From: Narcine bancroftii
Lineage: Eukaryota
Length of the DNA: 64,000 nucleotides
Direction: 5' to 3'
Assembly (NCBI RefSeq): GCF_036971445.1
Contig: NC_091481.1
Coordinates: 83,390,001 to 83,454,000 of the forward strand
Below the pieces are notes generated by a model. That model saw nothing but the letters and a program-made list of their open reading frames with translations, was not told the DNA's origin and ran no database searches. The translations under genes and the position numbers were made by a program. This document shows, piece after piece, positions 25,351-39,357 of the stretch; position 1 is the stretch's first letter; each line of letters starts with the position of its first letter.

Positions 25351-26250
25351 GAGGAAGACATATAAAGGATAGGAAGAATCCTTTACCCCATGGTGGGGGT
25401 ATCTAAAACAAGAGGGCAGAGGTTAAGGTGAGGAAGAGAAGGTTTAGAGGGGATATTTTATAGGGGATGGTTAGTCCCTGGAGCACTCTGCCTGAGGCTG
25501 TGTTGAGGGCAGAGTCTCTCACAACAGTCAGGCAAATGTTGAAGTAGGTTGATTCCAGAGATGAGGTGGGGGGACAGGGCATTAACCTGTGAAGGGAGAT
25601 TGAGTCATCTGGGGCTGTACTCGCTGGTATTTAGAATTAGGGGGATTTTATAGAAATGTACACCTGTATGAAAGGCATAGATATAATGGAATCAGGCAAA
25701 TTGTTCCCATTGGCCATTGGTGGGGGAAGTCGAGAACTAGGGGACATAGCCTCAAGGTCCAGGGGAGTAGATTTAGGACGGAGATCAGGAGGAACTGTTT
25801 TACCCAAAGGGCAGTGAATCTGTGGAATTTTCCACCCTTTGAAGCAGTAGAGGCAGCCTCAGTGAATATATTTAAGACAAGGTTGGATAGATTTTTACAT
25901 ATTAGGGGAATTAAGGGAAATGGGGAAAAGGCAGGTCGGTGGAGATGAGCCGATCATCAGATCGGCCATGATCTCATTGAATGGTGGAACAGACTCAATG
26001 GGCCAGATGGCCAACACCTGCTCCTATTTCTTTGTTTCTTATGAATCATAAAGGCATAGAAGACTATGAGCAAAGGCAGAAAAGGGATGAGTGTGGATTC
26101 ATTCAATGGTTAGTATGGACACAGTGAACCAAAGGGTTTGTGTCACTGCTATGTGACCCCCAACACCAAGTGGTCCCCAATAGATTTATTGAGCAGATTC
26201 ATGGTGTCAGGATGAATCTGACCCATTTTACACTCTCTCTTGCTTTGCAG

Positions 26251-27146
26251 TGAATTTCGTGGCGATTGTGATCCTGTCCCGGGGTAAGTGTGGGCTCTCC
26301 CCTTGCACCAGCCTGTACCTGGTGGCCATGGCCGTGGCGGACCTCTTGACCATCGTCACCCAGGTCATACTAAGGCAGATCAATACTTATTATTTCCCCT
26401 GGAATTTCCTGCGCATCACGCCCGTCTGCAGTGTGCTCTTTGTCCTCAGGCATGCGGCCAGAGGCTGTTCTGTCTGGTTCACTGTTACTTTCACCTTTGA
26501 TCGATACGTGGCCATTTGTTGCCAGAATTTAAAAAATAAATACTGCACCAGGAAAACTGCAGTGGTGGTTCTGACGATAACTGGCACTCTGGTCTGTTTA
26601 AAAAATATTCCCAAGTATTTTACACAGGAACCTTGGGCAATCGTCGACAGTATTCCTTGGCTGTGCTTTTATAAGCCGGAATATTTCTCTCAGCCGGAAT
26701 GGGTGGGATTTGACTGGTTCGACGCTGTTTCAACCCCATTGCTGCCTTTCGGATTAATCTTGTTGTTTAATGTTCTGACGGTCAAACACATTCTGGTTGC
26801 CAGTCGGGTACGCAAGGGGCTAAGAGGTCAAAGCAATGGAGAGAAAGGCAGTGACCCCGAGATGGAGAACCGCAGGAAGTCTATTATTTTACTCTTCACG
26901 CTATCGGGCAGCTTCATCTTCTTGTGGCTGTCGTACATTATAGATTCCTTCTTTTATTCCATCGCTGGCATCGCTGTCAGTGAGTACAACAGTTCTCAAT
27001 ACAACTTTCGTTATGTGGGAGCCATGCTGGTGTCTTTAAGCTGCTGCACTAACACATTTATCTATGCTGTGACTCAGTCCAAGTTCAGGGAACAGCTCAA
27101 GAACTTGGCAAAGTGTCCCGTACCTTCAATTATCCAGAGTTTATAA
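26251..27146 (+). CDS. GPR139/142-like GPCR copy 3, coding exon 2 (320 aa spliced protein)
   Basis: Acceptor ttgcag at 26250; intact 7TM frame with a divergent ECL2, ECL3 and TM7. Confidence 0.9.
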
Positions 27147-29965
27147 ATAAAATTGAACTCGACTCGCGATGTTTGCAAATGTACTGAGTCACAACAAATA
27201 CTGGCAGGCTTCTTCCTCTCAACAAATCCACGTTTTTCTCTTTCATTCCCATAACTCAAAGGAATAATTACCCAACTTTCTTACCACAGGGTCTTCCTGA
27301 CCTGCAGGGGGTTTCAACATTTTGTGTTTTTAAATTCCGATTTCTGCTGTCAGCAGGGTTTCGGTTTCTCTCCTTTCCACCTAACATTTCCAAGAATTTC
27401 TTTCTCAACGTTCGAACAATGCGTTCTTATTTCACGATTTCAACATCCAAGGAATTTTGACAGTGTAACGAAATAGCCAGCAAACCAGCAAGTTCATCCT
27501 GTGGAAAAGTTTTTTTTTTTAAATTGCTCGTATCTTTCTACAGGCCAGCAAGGCAGATGCAGGATACAAAAATGAATCACTACCAAATGAGTGACCCATG
27601 AAAAACGTCACCCATTCCATGAGGAAGCCACAGCCACACTCTTCGTAAACGCCACTACACTTTAATAAACAGTATGGGGGCGGGCAAGACTGGATATCAC
27701 AAGCTCAGCAAAGCCTCGACACTTTATCACAGGAGGGAAAATTGGTGTCACATGTTTTAAATTCCAGGGTGACTTGACTAGGAAATTTTAGGAATTAAAT
27801 TCTCAAGTAGATCCCAGAGGTCAAATACCTCTCCCCATTGGCTGGTGGGAAATGACACAGAATGGTCCACCAGATGGTTATAAAACAAGGTGTATAGTGG
27901 CAATTCCACTTTACATCGGCTCCATGCACGACAGAAAGCATTAAATTTAGATACCCAGCACAGTGACCAGCCCTTTCGGCCAAGAGCTCGTGCCACCCAA
28001 TTAAACCCAATTCACCTACAAAGTCCATTTTGAAGGGTGGGAGGAAATCAGAGCACCTGAAGGAAACCCACACAGAAGCAGGAGAACGTACAAACTCCTT
28101 ACAGTGATAGAGTTAAACCTGGGACCCTGTTTATGGTTCGCAATCGACATTTACAATCAGCAACTGCCAATTTTAGAAAGTACCATTTCTCACTATCCAT
28201 TTTGAATCATTTTTATATCTTAAACACCAATGGTTTATACAACACAACTTGAACACATTTATATTTTGTAACAGACTTGAAGATAAATATGAAATTTGGA
28301 TTTGCTCAAGCTATTTCCAGAATATTTTAGCCAATAACCAAATCTTCCCCCAAGTGCAAGCCACCTACACAGCTCTCAGCTTGACGTTTTCATTAAAGTT
28401 TGCTTGAACAGCAGCAAGTCGCACCGTTTTGACTGAGTCAAGACCTCAAGAGTTTTTTAAACTGACAGGAAGTTCCTGGCAGATCATTTACAAAAGCCAA
28501 GTCACTGGATAAATCAACACAAAACAAACAAGAGTAAAAATAAATAATCAAAAGTTTCGATACCAATAATTAACTGTCCAGAGGGTGTCTTGTAAAGGAG
28601 AATATTTGAGACAGCACACGACTTACATGGTACCAGTGCACATTACTAAATGAGTCATAGCTCTCACGTTTTGCCAAGTGTTTGCACTAGTTCCCTCCAA
28701 TTTATTTCTCCCTTAATTTTTTTTTTAAATGTAGACATACAGCATGGTAAAAGGCCCTTTCGGCCTTGCTACCTAATTACACCCAATTGACTTACGAACC
28801 CCTGCTAAGTTTTGAACGGCAGGAGGGAACAGGGGCACCCGGAGGAAACCCATGCAGATACGAGAACATACAAACTCCTTACAGACAGCGCCAGATTCAA
28901 ACTCCGGTGCTGATCGCTGACACCATAACAACGTGGCACTCACTGCTACGCTAACCGCATCTTCTTCTCGCTACCTCTGCAATGGACCACTCACCTGCCT
29001 GCATCAGAAGCCTTGATTCCTGTGGGGCACACGTTGGGGGAACTGTCTGGGTCCCATTATGTGCAAGGTGGATGGGACCCACCCAGTGCATCCAGGCCAT
29101 AATTTTAAGGGGCTGAGGCACAGGGATACAAAATCCTTTACCCACCAACCAACCAATCTCAGGGCAGCACTCCACCCATGGCAGATATACCTCGTTCGTA
29201 CCCATTTCCTTGGCTCCTTAATGTCCGTGAGTCTACAAGACTACTCGGGGAGCCAGGGTATCATTTGTGCCACACAGAACAAAGGACAGGCTGGAGAGAG
29301 CTGAAGCAACAAGTTCAAAATGGATTTTCTTCTTGAACTACGAAAATATTCCAAATATAGCAACATCAGCAGTGAGAACAGTTCGAAGATTAATCAGATT
29401 TGCAGACCCAAGACAATAAGATTCCCCTAGAGATCAGAATGTTGCCTTTTTTCCCCCAAAATGGATGGAATATTTCAGTACAGAAAGAAAATGACCTTTT
29501 CCAATTGTATTCCCATTTTTCTACCCTTTGTTTCAGCTGATTGTGTGGAACAATTTTTGATTTCCTTTGTTATGTTGACATTCCACACCCCCCCCCTCCC
29601 TCCCCAAAGGGCAAGGTTATTGGGTACAGGCATGGGGGGGGGGGGGGGGGGAAGACACATTAAGGGACAGACTGGCATCACCAAAGAGTTCAGGATGTGC
29701 TGGGGTGGGGGGGGGGGGGGAGAGGGGGCAAGGGAGGGATTTGGGCATCAGGAATTCACCTCTTGACAGACCAAGTGCTACCAAACTCCTCCGAACCCCA
29801 GCAACTCAGAGCATCTGCAGGACAAGAAGCTCAAGGGAGAGGTTCAACACAATCCAGTCTGTTTTGCAAATCAAAAGGATTAACAGGTATCAACTCAGGG
29901 TGAAAAATCGGTGACATGCAGATGGAAGGGCAATGGAAGTGGGGGCTGGGGATCAGAGTGTGGCA

Positions 29966-30136
29966 TCACTTTTCGAAGTGGTCCATGGGGTAGTGTTCTC
30001 CGTACATCTTCAGGTGCCTATGAAGCGCCTCCTGCTGTTTCTGCAGAGTGAGTGGACTTTCATCGTACACATCCGAGAACAAGTAGTCCAGCTTGGGCTT
30101 TAGCTCACGTTCAGCTTCCTCAAAGGCTTCCATCAC
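29966..30136 (-). CDS. BCKDHA: Branched-chain keto acid dehydrogenase E1 alpha, exon 9 (last)
   Basis: [26 protein letters not shown]...[12 protein letters not shown]; 171 nt; AG acceptor. Confidence 0.93.
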   Translation of the reverse strand: MMEAFEEAERELKPKLDYLFSDVYDESPLTLQKQQEALHRHLKMYGEHYPMDHFEK

Positions 30137-31883
30137 CTGGCAGGGAAATGTCAGTCAATGAGTTAAATTGCAAGGCAATCCAGCTATTTTACTGCCAGTG
30201 ACTACTTCTGACCTTGCTCTCCTATTGGGAGCACAGCGCGGATGTCCCCTGTCTTCCCTGACTCAACCGTTCAATCAACGCCCCAACTCTCTAGAACAAA
30301 AGAACATTACAGGACAGAAACATGCCCTTCTAATCAGTGTCGAATTATTTTTCTGCCGAGTCCCACTGACCTGCACCCAGTCCATACCTCTCCCATCCAT
30401 GCACCCGTCCCAATTCTTCTAAAATGTTAAAATAGAGCCTGCATTCACCACCTCAGCTGGCAGCTCATTCCACACCCCCACCACTGTGTGAAGAAGTTCC
30501 CCCTAATGCTCCCGCTACACGTTTCCCCTTTCATCTTTAACCCACGTCCTCTGGTTTGCATCCTCAGTGGAAAAAGCTGGCCTACATTTATTCTGTCAAT
30601 TTTAAATACCTCAATCAAAATTCCCCTCTTTCTTCTATGCTCCAGGGGAAAAAAAATCCTAACCCATTTAAACCTTCCAGACAAAATCCTAGTAAATCTT
30701 CTCTGCAGCCTTTCAATATTTTTGAATTCTTTCCTGTTGTTAGGTGACTCAAAACCAGAAAAATGTTATTCCTGCCCTGCCAGCCTGCCTTTAACCATCC
30801 CTTGCTCAACCACTCAGCCTCTACCTTCCTCAACAGCTACCCTGCTTCTTCTAGAGGGCCAACCACCCTTCCCTCAACCATAACCAGTCTCACAGACTTG
30901 AAAGCCATCTTCCTTCGCTCGGTGGCCTTTATCCCTTCCGCCTTCAAACCCAGCCTCAAATCTCAGTGCCGGTGGATTAAAGAAAACGGGGTGGCTCCAT
31001 GTACTACTCCAGGGAGAACTCCAACCGCTGTGGTTTATCTTAACCATTTTTCCCTGAAACTATTGTAGGAAATTCCTTCTGCACCCTTCGTAATGCTTTC
31101 ACTCCATTCCAGTGCTCAGAACTGGATAGCTAGCGGCACTAGACAAATTACAGGTTCTACCTCTCTTATCTGGTGCAATGTGGTTCAGCATCTCCTATGG
31201 CATCTACTGTTTAGATTTCCCATGCCGATAGTACAAACTCTTTACAGATAGTGCGAAACTCGAACTCTGGTCCCGATCACTGGCGCCGTAAAGGCGTTGC
31301 GCTAACCATGCCGCTCCACAGTATTATTTCCTGTTTTAAACTTTGTTCTATCTTTGATATGTTTACATGGGGGTTCCCTTAGGGGGTCAGTTTCCGTTTT
31401 CCAGCATTTTCTGGTCAGGTCCCAACGTCGCCGGATTAAATTTTCGAAATGTGGCCAAGACTTCCCGTCTTTAATACTCCATGTCTCTGCTTATAAAGTT
31501 CAGTATCTTGTGCATTAGAATTAGAGAATCAGCCCAGTGTTGTGCTGAGATAATAACCTATCTTCTCTACTGCGCAACCCTCCTTTATTCTCTGTTCCAT
31601 GTACCTATCTAATAAGCTCTTAAAAGACCCCATTGTACCTGCCTCCACCACAGTTGCCAGCAGCATATTCCATGCACCCACCACTCTCTGTGTGAAAAGC
31701 TTGTCTTTAACATTCCCCTGTACTTGTTCACCCTTTGAACTCCGTGTCCCAGTGTTCAAAGTCTACCAACGAGCATTTACTTCGTGCCCCCGTTTTCTGG
31801 GACTGGCTTTGTACCCAACCACCAGCTGATTTGTACTGGAGTTTGTACTGCAGTTTACCCATGAACCCAGTCCAGAGTATATT

Positions 31884-32190
31884 CAGTGAAACCTCATTAT
31901 AACGTGATTCGTTAATCCGCGGAATCGCTTATAGCGCGGGTGTCTGTGGACCCCAAACCTTGATTTTAGGATGCCAGGCTAACAGCCATAAACTCAAAAA
32001 TGGGCTCTTGTAACTCATTTACAAGATGTGTACGTTAATATGTGGAGTTTAGATGTCTTATTATAGGGTTTGAGTCACAGCGTTCTGTCTTCCTGCTTCC
32101 TGAATCATATATGCATCTGTTCCGCGACTCAGCTGTAATCCGGTATGAAATCTTGGACCCCAACTACCGCGTTCTCACGAGGTTTTTCTG
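31884..32190. mobile_element. pogo/Tigger-like MITE
   Basis: Imperfect TIRs CAGTGAAACCTC... and ...GAGGTTTTTCTG followed by TA. Confidence 0.5.
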
Positions 32191-33141
32191 TATCAGGAAA
32201 AATGGCCAGCATCCAAAGGGCTAAAACAATGACCTCCCACATTGACCATTTCAGCCCTGGAGGGGAAAGCCTCTGGCCATCCAAACGAGCAATACCTCTC
32301 ATCATCCTGTACACCTCTGTCAGGTCACCCCCCCCACCAGCAAAATCACGAAGTTCATTCACATGGAATATTTGAAGTTATAAACTTGGGTAAGGAAAAC
32401 CTAAATAAATATTTGATGAACATGAATGGGTAGTAGAATTCAGCCATCTGGCCTGTCAAGCCTGCTACACCATACAATAAGATTGTGGCTGATCTGGCCA
32501 TGGAATCAGTTCCACTTACCCATCCGGTCCCCATTTCCCTACTATCTGGGCCTTGTATAAATTTAATGAGGCAGCCTCTTCTGTTTCAGAATTGAGAGGG
32601 GATCATAGAAACATATAAAATTAAGAAAGGCATAGATAAGATTGGGGTAAGCAAGTTGCTTCCATTGGTGGGGGAGATCAGAACTTGGGGACATAGCCTC
32701 AAGATTCAGGGGAGTAGATTTAGGACAGAGATGAAGAGGAACTGCTTTTCCCAGAGTGAGGTGAATCTGTGGAATTCGAAGCAGTGGAAGTGACCTCAGT
32801 AAATACATTTAAGACAAGCTTGGATAGATTTCTACATAGTAAGGGAGTTAAGAGATATGGGGAAGAGGTGGTAGAGATAAGCCCATCAGCCATGATCGCA
32901 TTGAATTATAGAGTGGGCTCGACGGGCTGAAAGGCCTGTGCCTGCTCCTATTGCTCATGTTGTTAAGCTGCAGTCTTTCACTATTCAAACAGTAGTCTGA
33001 TCTACCATTTTTCCTTGCAAAATGTACGTCCTCACATTTTCCAACGCTGCACTCCATCTGCTCTCTTCTACCTTTCCCTCTGTGTGGGGAGAGCAATATG
33101 TTCGGTGCCTTACTTTCTAAGTGCCTGTGGAAAATACCTAC

Positions 33142-33313
33142 TCGTTTCCTGGACTGTTTCCTCCATGCTTTCTCCTGCTCCTCATCCCACCAGCCCTTGT
33201 TCACCATGTAGTGCCGGAGCCTGGAGATGGGGTGATCCTGCTTGTCCCAATAGTTCACTTCATCCACTGATCGATAGGCCGAGCTGTCATCGCTGGTGCT
33301 GTGGTGCCCAATC
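33142..33313 (-). CDS. BCKDHA: BCKDHA exon 8
   Basis: [34 protein letters not shown], including the BCKDK phosphorylation loop; 172 nt; AG/GT boundaries. Confidence 0.95.
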
Positions 33314-33908
33314 CTGTGGGACGTTCACAAAACAAATCCACAATCTGTATCAACGCTTGGTTATAAAACCACCTCCCAACCAAACTCTCCACTCCCTTCT
33401 CCCCTTGGGTGTGGTAATGCGGGCATTCTCAATATCCGCTATCGACCCAGTGACTGGGTGATCACAGTCGTAAGGGTTAACAGCTTATTCACCACTGGAC
33501 ATATCCCCCTACCCCTTCCCCCTCTCCTCTACTCCCCCCAACTTTTTATTCAGGAGCCGGTCTGATTTTTCCTACATTCAGAATCAAGTATTAGCATGAG
33601 CCAAGGGAGAGTTAAAATTAGTTTATAGCTGTGCAAGATTCTTAACCCTTTGGACTCTAGGACTGGTTTTATACCCAACCACCAGCTGGCTCATCCTGAA
33701 TTTTAACCTTTCATACTCTAGTTCAGCCATGGACTCTGCCCAGAGAACATATTAAGGTTGAAAATGCCCAAACTCCTAAGGGTTAAAGTTCAGAAGCTGC
33801 AGAATGCTGCATTACCATAAAATCCTAGATATCTAAACAGTTAAATAGGTGTTGGTGCCAACTGATAATCAGAACTATTGAGAGACCTTGTACACACACA
33901 TGCATTCA

Positions 33909-34145
<237 letters not shown>

Positions 34146-36028
34146 CTAGCTCTGCAGGGCCTCACAAGTTTACCCCTTCACTCCTAGGCCCCGCTAGGTT
34201 GAGGGCAGGCTTTCCATGTCACTTCCAGACTCCGGGGGGGGGTTCTTCTGTGTCATTCCCAACCCGATCGCCCCTCAATGTCCCTCTCAGCCCTATGACA
34301 TCCCCAAGACGTTTTACAATATTGTAGCCTCTCTACACCACAAGCCACCCCAGCCCTGTCAGGATGGAAAGGAATTCCTTAGGATGATTGAAAGATACCA
34401 AATATGCCATTGAACAGGATGATCCCAAAATATTTAACCTTAAAATTCGGGTCCTACACAAACCTTGAATCCGAACCTTGACAACAAACACCGCCACCAT
34501 CTTCCTGCTGGCTCCAACACAATCTCGTGCTTACCCTGTTAGTTATTTGCGAAGTTTCAGTACTCTTCAGTGGGGTCCATCCGCCCGGTCTGACTACTGT
34601 TGGCTCTGTACAGGCGTTAACCGGCCTGTTATAGGAGCTGTCAGTGGTTATTTTAGGATATCCAAATAAAATTTTAACCCTTAAATTATAATTTTTTATT
34701 AAAATATATAGTGATTTGCTTTTAACAGCATTCACTGGTCAGCTGTAATTGCCAGATTTGGGGGAGGTCATCTTGGTGTTGCTCAACACCAACATTTTAG
34801 GTGGAAATTCCAGGATCGTCCTGAACAGAGTCATCCTATACAACAGCATATGTGGTAAGTCATGTACAGAAAAACATGATAGACCATATAGAAAGGAGAA
34901 GAACATCTGTTAGAAATGTTCAAATCTTGAAAGGTTTTAATAGACTAAAGAATAAACTTTTTCCAGTGACAGATTGGAAGCTGGAGGTACCCTCCAAATT
35001 GTACCATTGTACCAAATGGAAGTTCAATATCAAAACATTAGAGATCATACGATGAAACATTCTATCCACTAAATTAATCAAAATACTCTGCCTGAAGAAC
35101 AATAATAACTTCCAAACAGGAATTACCCGTGTGGAGTTCGCATCTTCTCCGTGACCATATGGGGTGTCCCATCTGGTTATGTCTCCACATCCCAAAGACA
35201 CGTAGGTTGGTGGGTGAATGAGACATTGTGAATGGGACACTGAAATTACCATGAGTATGTGGCAGGAGAATTAACGAAGAATTGATGGGTATGTGTAAGA
35301 ATTATAATGCCAGGACTTCAGGAACTGAGTTCCCACGAAAGGTTAAATACGTTAAGACTTTATTCCCTGGAGCGTAGAAAATGAGGGAAGATTTGATAAA
35401 AGTTTTTAAAATTATGAGGGGTCTAGACAGAGTCAATGTAGGTCGGCTTTTTCCACTGAGGGTAAGTGAGATACAAACCAGAGGACATGGGCTAAGGGTG
35501 AACATTAGGGGGAATTAATGGGAGTGTGGAACAAGTTGCCAGCTGAAGTAGTGAATGCGGGCTCAATTTTAACAATTCAGAAAAATAGGGACAGGTACAT
35601 GGATGGGAGGGGTATGGAAGGCTGTGGAGTGGATGTAGGTCAGTGGGACAAAGCAGAATAATAATTCGGCATAGACCACAAGGGCTGAAGGGCCCATTTT
35701 CTGTGCTGTAATGTTCTCTGGTTCTAATAGTAGGGAATAGGCTGATGGACTCATTGGGCCAAATGCCCACCTCTGTCATACAGAAAACTATGGAAGGATA
35801 GCACTAGTGTGAATTGGATGATTAATCTCTTTCTTTAGTTCTACCAATCCCTCCTAACTGGTTATTTGACAACTTTTCTTTTACTGTTCTGTGGTTATTT
35901 ATACTTATTGATTGTTACGTGTATTTTACAGTGCATCTGTACAATGTTCTTGTATGACTGAGAACAAACTCTCACGCGTTTCAAATTCCAACACCATCTC
36001 CTCTGTGTGGTGCCTCCAACCCACCTAC

Positions 36029-36235
36029 CAATGCCATCGCCTCGGTATTGTTCATGAGTTGGCGTCGATATGGCATAGCCATTGTTCCTGCAGAAGAATA
36101 TGATGGGACACTCCAAAGTGGCTGAGAAGTTAAACCCAGCATGAGCATCCCCTTCGCTCGCAGCACCTTCTCCGAAGTAGCAGATGACCGCACGGTCTGC
36201 CTGGCTAATTTTATAGGCATATGCAGCCCCTGCAG
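36029..36235 (-). CDS. BCKDHA: BCKDHA exon 6
   Basis: ThDP-binding motif [17 protein letters not shown]...[10 protein letters not shown]; 207 nt. Confidence 0.95.
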
Positions 36236-37224
36236 CTGGAGACAGAGAGCGCATCAGGAAAAGAACTGCCACGTGGAAATCAATACATACAGACGGAATA
36301 TTCCACCCTTTGGTGGGGGGAAACAAAAGCACAACTCAGGACGATCATGTGCACCGTGGGCTAGCTCTCTCAGACACTCTGCCGGACTCACTCCATGCCA
36401 AAAACACACTTGAAAAAAGGGTCATGAATAGCTAAAGGGCGGGGGGGGGAGGGGGTTAAGGGAGAGTAGTGCAAGAGTTATTACCATTTATTACAGCATT
36501 GAGAATGATCCCGATACTTAAAAATGTCACCTCAAAATCAGGGTTATACACCGGGTCTAAAATCTGAACCCTGACAGCGAAGCATCAACATCTTCCCCCT
36601 CCATATCTATCCCCCATCCCACCGGCTCCAATTGAAGGGTCCCGGTCAGGCCCTAGGCACACTCAATCACCTTCCTTGCACTGACAATCCGACTCACCAA
36701 GTGTCCAGGTCAGGTGCTAGGCTCCCACTATCACCTACCTTGTGCTAACAACCTGACTCACCTTCCATGCATGTGTCCCACTCAGGCCCTTGGCGGACCT
36801 TCCTCGCTGACAACCCGACTCGCCCCCCCAGTGCAAGTGGCGACAGTGAAAAGAATGCGGGCGTATTGAGGCCCATTTGGAGGGCCTGTGCGTGTCCAAT
36901 GAAGTCTCAATGCTCTCCCCACCCCCTCCAGTGGGGTCCATCCGCCCAATCTGACTATCGTTGGCTCTGAACAGCCTGTTACAGGAGCTGACGGTGGCTT
37001 TTTTTAAAATATGCTCATAAAATTAAAACCTTTACAGGGTCATTTGGTATTAAAATTTTGTGACAGAATTACTCCACTAGTCAATGGTAAGTGCCAGGTT
37101 TAAGGGGGGTCATCCTATTCAAAGGGTATAACTCAAAACCTACATCTTAGGAGGAAATTCTGGGGGTGTCCTATACATGACTTGACCAACACGCTGGCAT
37201 ATATGGTAGTTTGTAAATCATTAC

Positions 37225-37386
37225 CCTGGGGTATTTGCGTCGCCAAGGGAGAGGAGATGGTAACAAAATGGAGATCCTTGCTGCCGTAATGAACAGGCAT
37301 CTGACGCCCTTTGCCCTCATCGGTAGCACTGGCGTAACATTGTGCCATGAAGAGTTCCAGAGACAAGCCTCGGTACATTAGGACAC
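37225..37386 (-). CDS. BCKDHA: BCKDHA exon 5
   Basis: VLMYRG...[30 protein letters not shown]; 162 nt. Confidence 0.95.
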
Positions 37387-39248
37387 CTGCAAGGGAGACC
37401 AAATGCAAATGAAATGAATGAACTGAAATCACATTTCAGATTTCTTGTCAGAGTACATTCACGACATCACAAACCCGGAGATTCTTCTTCCCGCAGGCGC
37501 TGCAAAATTACCGCTTATCGGTAGTACAAAAAGTAACTGTACACAATGTACATGTGTAAACAAATAAAGGAATGTAAACAAATTGACTGTGCAATAGAGA
37601 GAGAAAAAAAAGTCCCAAAATTAAGAGTCCTTAAATGAGTCTCTAATTGAGTTTGACGTTGAGGAGTCTGATGGTGGAGGGGGAACAGCTGTCCCTGAAC
37701 CTGGTGGTGCGAGTCTTGTGGCACCGATACCTCTTTCTACCAATAATTGTTTTATTATTGTTACATGTATCGCAACATCGTGACAAACTGTGTTTTGCAT
37801 GCTCTCCAAGCAAGTCAACCCATACTTAATCACATACAACAGGTATATTTACGACAGAAATTGACCAGTATTTGATTAGTTGGGGCATCCAGGGTTAAGG
37901 GGAGTGGGGCTGAGTGACAAGGATCAGTTCATGATTAAATGGCAGAGCAGACCCGATGGGCTGATGAGCCTACTTCTGCTTATATTTTGTGTCAATGGGG
38001 CATGCCGCCTTCTCTTCTGCAGAAGGAGAGGTCCTGGTGTGCTTCCTCCGGGTGCTAGTGTGGTAATGAATTAGCAGCGTGAATGCCCAACCTGAATGCA
38101 CATCTTTTTTCCAACTTTACATAGGAGCCAAGATTCATCCAACAAGATCTCATTAATGGCAAGTAAGAGACAAACCTATTGGCTCGGGTATTGTGCTGAG
38201 AAAGAACATTTTTGTCTAGGATGGACTCTTCCTCGATTACTTATTCTAGTTTCCAAATATTGCACTTCCATAAGTAAATTGTTCCCTCTATCAAAAACAT
38301 CCACGCAGAGCCATGACATGAGGCTCTCTTTGGAAAAAGGAAATGATAGCGAGATACCCATTCACTTCTAGAAATGTATTAAGTCGAAAGAAGAACAGCA
38401 GGTCATTTGGCCCCCTTTACATCAGCATTCTCCCCATCTCACAGAGACAGCAGTGGTGTGAATTAAATCCTTTTTATTGTTTTATTTTGTGGCAGGGCTG
38501 AGAATTTGTGCTGGGAGAACCACTCCTTCCCCCCCCACCCCCAATCTTTTCATCCACTTGCACTTAGAACATTGCAGCAGTGCTCGCAATGTTGTGCCAA
38601 CCTATATAAACCTACTCAACGATCTAAACCTTCCCTATCTCACACCCACAACCCTCTATTTTTCTTGCATCCAAATGCCTGTTTAAGAGTCAGTTAAATG
38701 TCCTTATTGTACCAGCCTCCGCCACAACCCCTGGCAATGTGTAAAAGAAAAACATACTCTTGACGTCTCCCCTAAACTTTCCTCCCTTCACTTTGTACAG
38801 ACGTCCTCTGGTTTGCAACTCCCACCCTGGGAAAAAGGTGCTGTCTGTGCACCCTATCCTTCCTCTCATAATCTTGTTGACCACTTCTTCACTCCAAAGA
38901 GAAAAGCCCCAGCTCTGTTACCCTGCCTCAAAAGACACGTTCCCCAATCCAGCCAACATCCTGGTGAATCTCCTCTGCACTCTCTCCATAGCTTCCACAT
39001 CCTTCCTATAATGAGGCGGCCAGAACTGGTCTTATGTCGGATTGACATGTCTTAATGAAGTATTAAAGCAATTTTTCAAAAAAACATTTCAACAAATGAA
39101 CGTTTAATGAAGAAAAAAAATTTGGTCGTATTTGTGGGTGGATGCACTCACGTAGCTCCTAAGTTGAGGACTACCTATGTCCGATGCAGTGGTTTACATT
39201 GCAGATGAAGTCTGATTGTCCAGGATATAATCCCCACGATTCACTCAC

Positions 39249-39357
39249 CGGCTTCCCTGTATTGCCCAAACACCAAGTCATCTGGTTCTAGTGCAGCCGC
39301 GCTGCCAATATGTGTGCCCTCTTCACCGTAGTTCGTCATGTAAAAGGATATGCGACC
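39249..39357 (-). CDS. BCKDHA: BCKDHA exon 4
   Basis: [36 protein letters not shown]; 109 nt (not in the ORF track). Confidence 0.95.
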
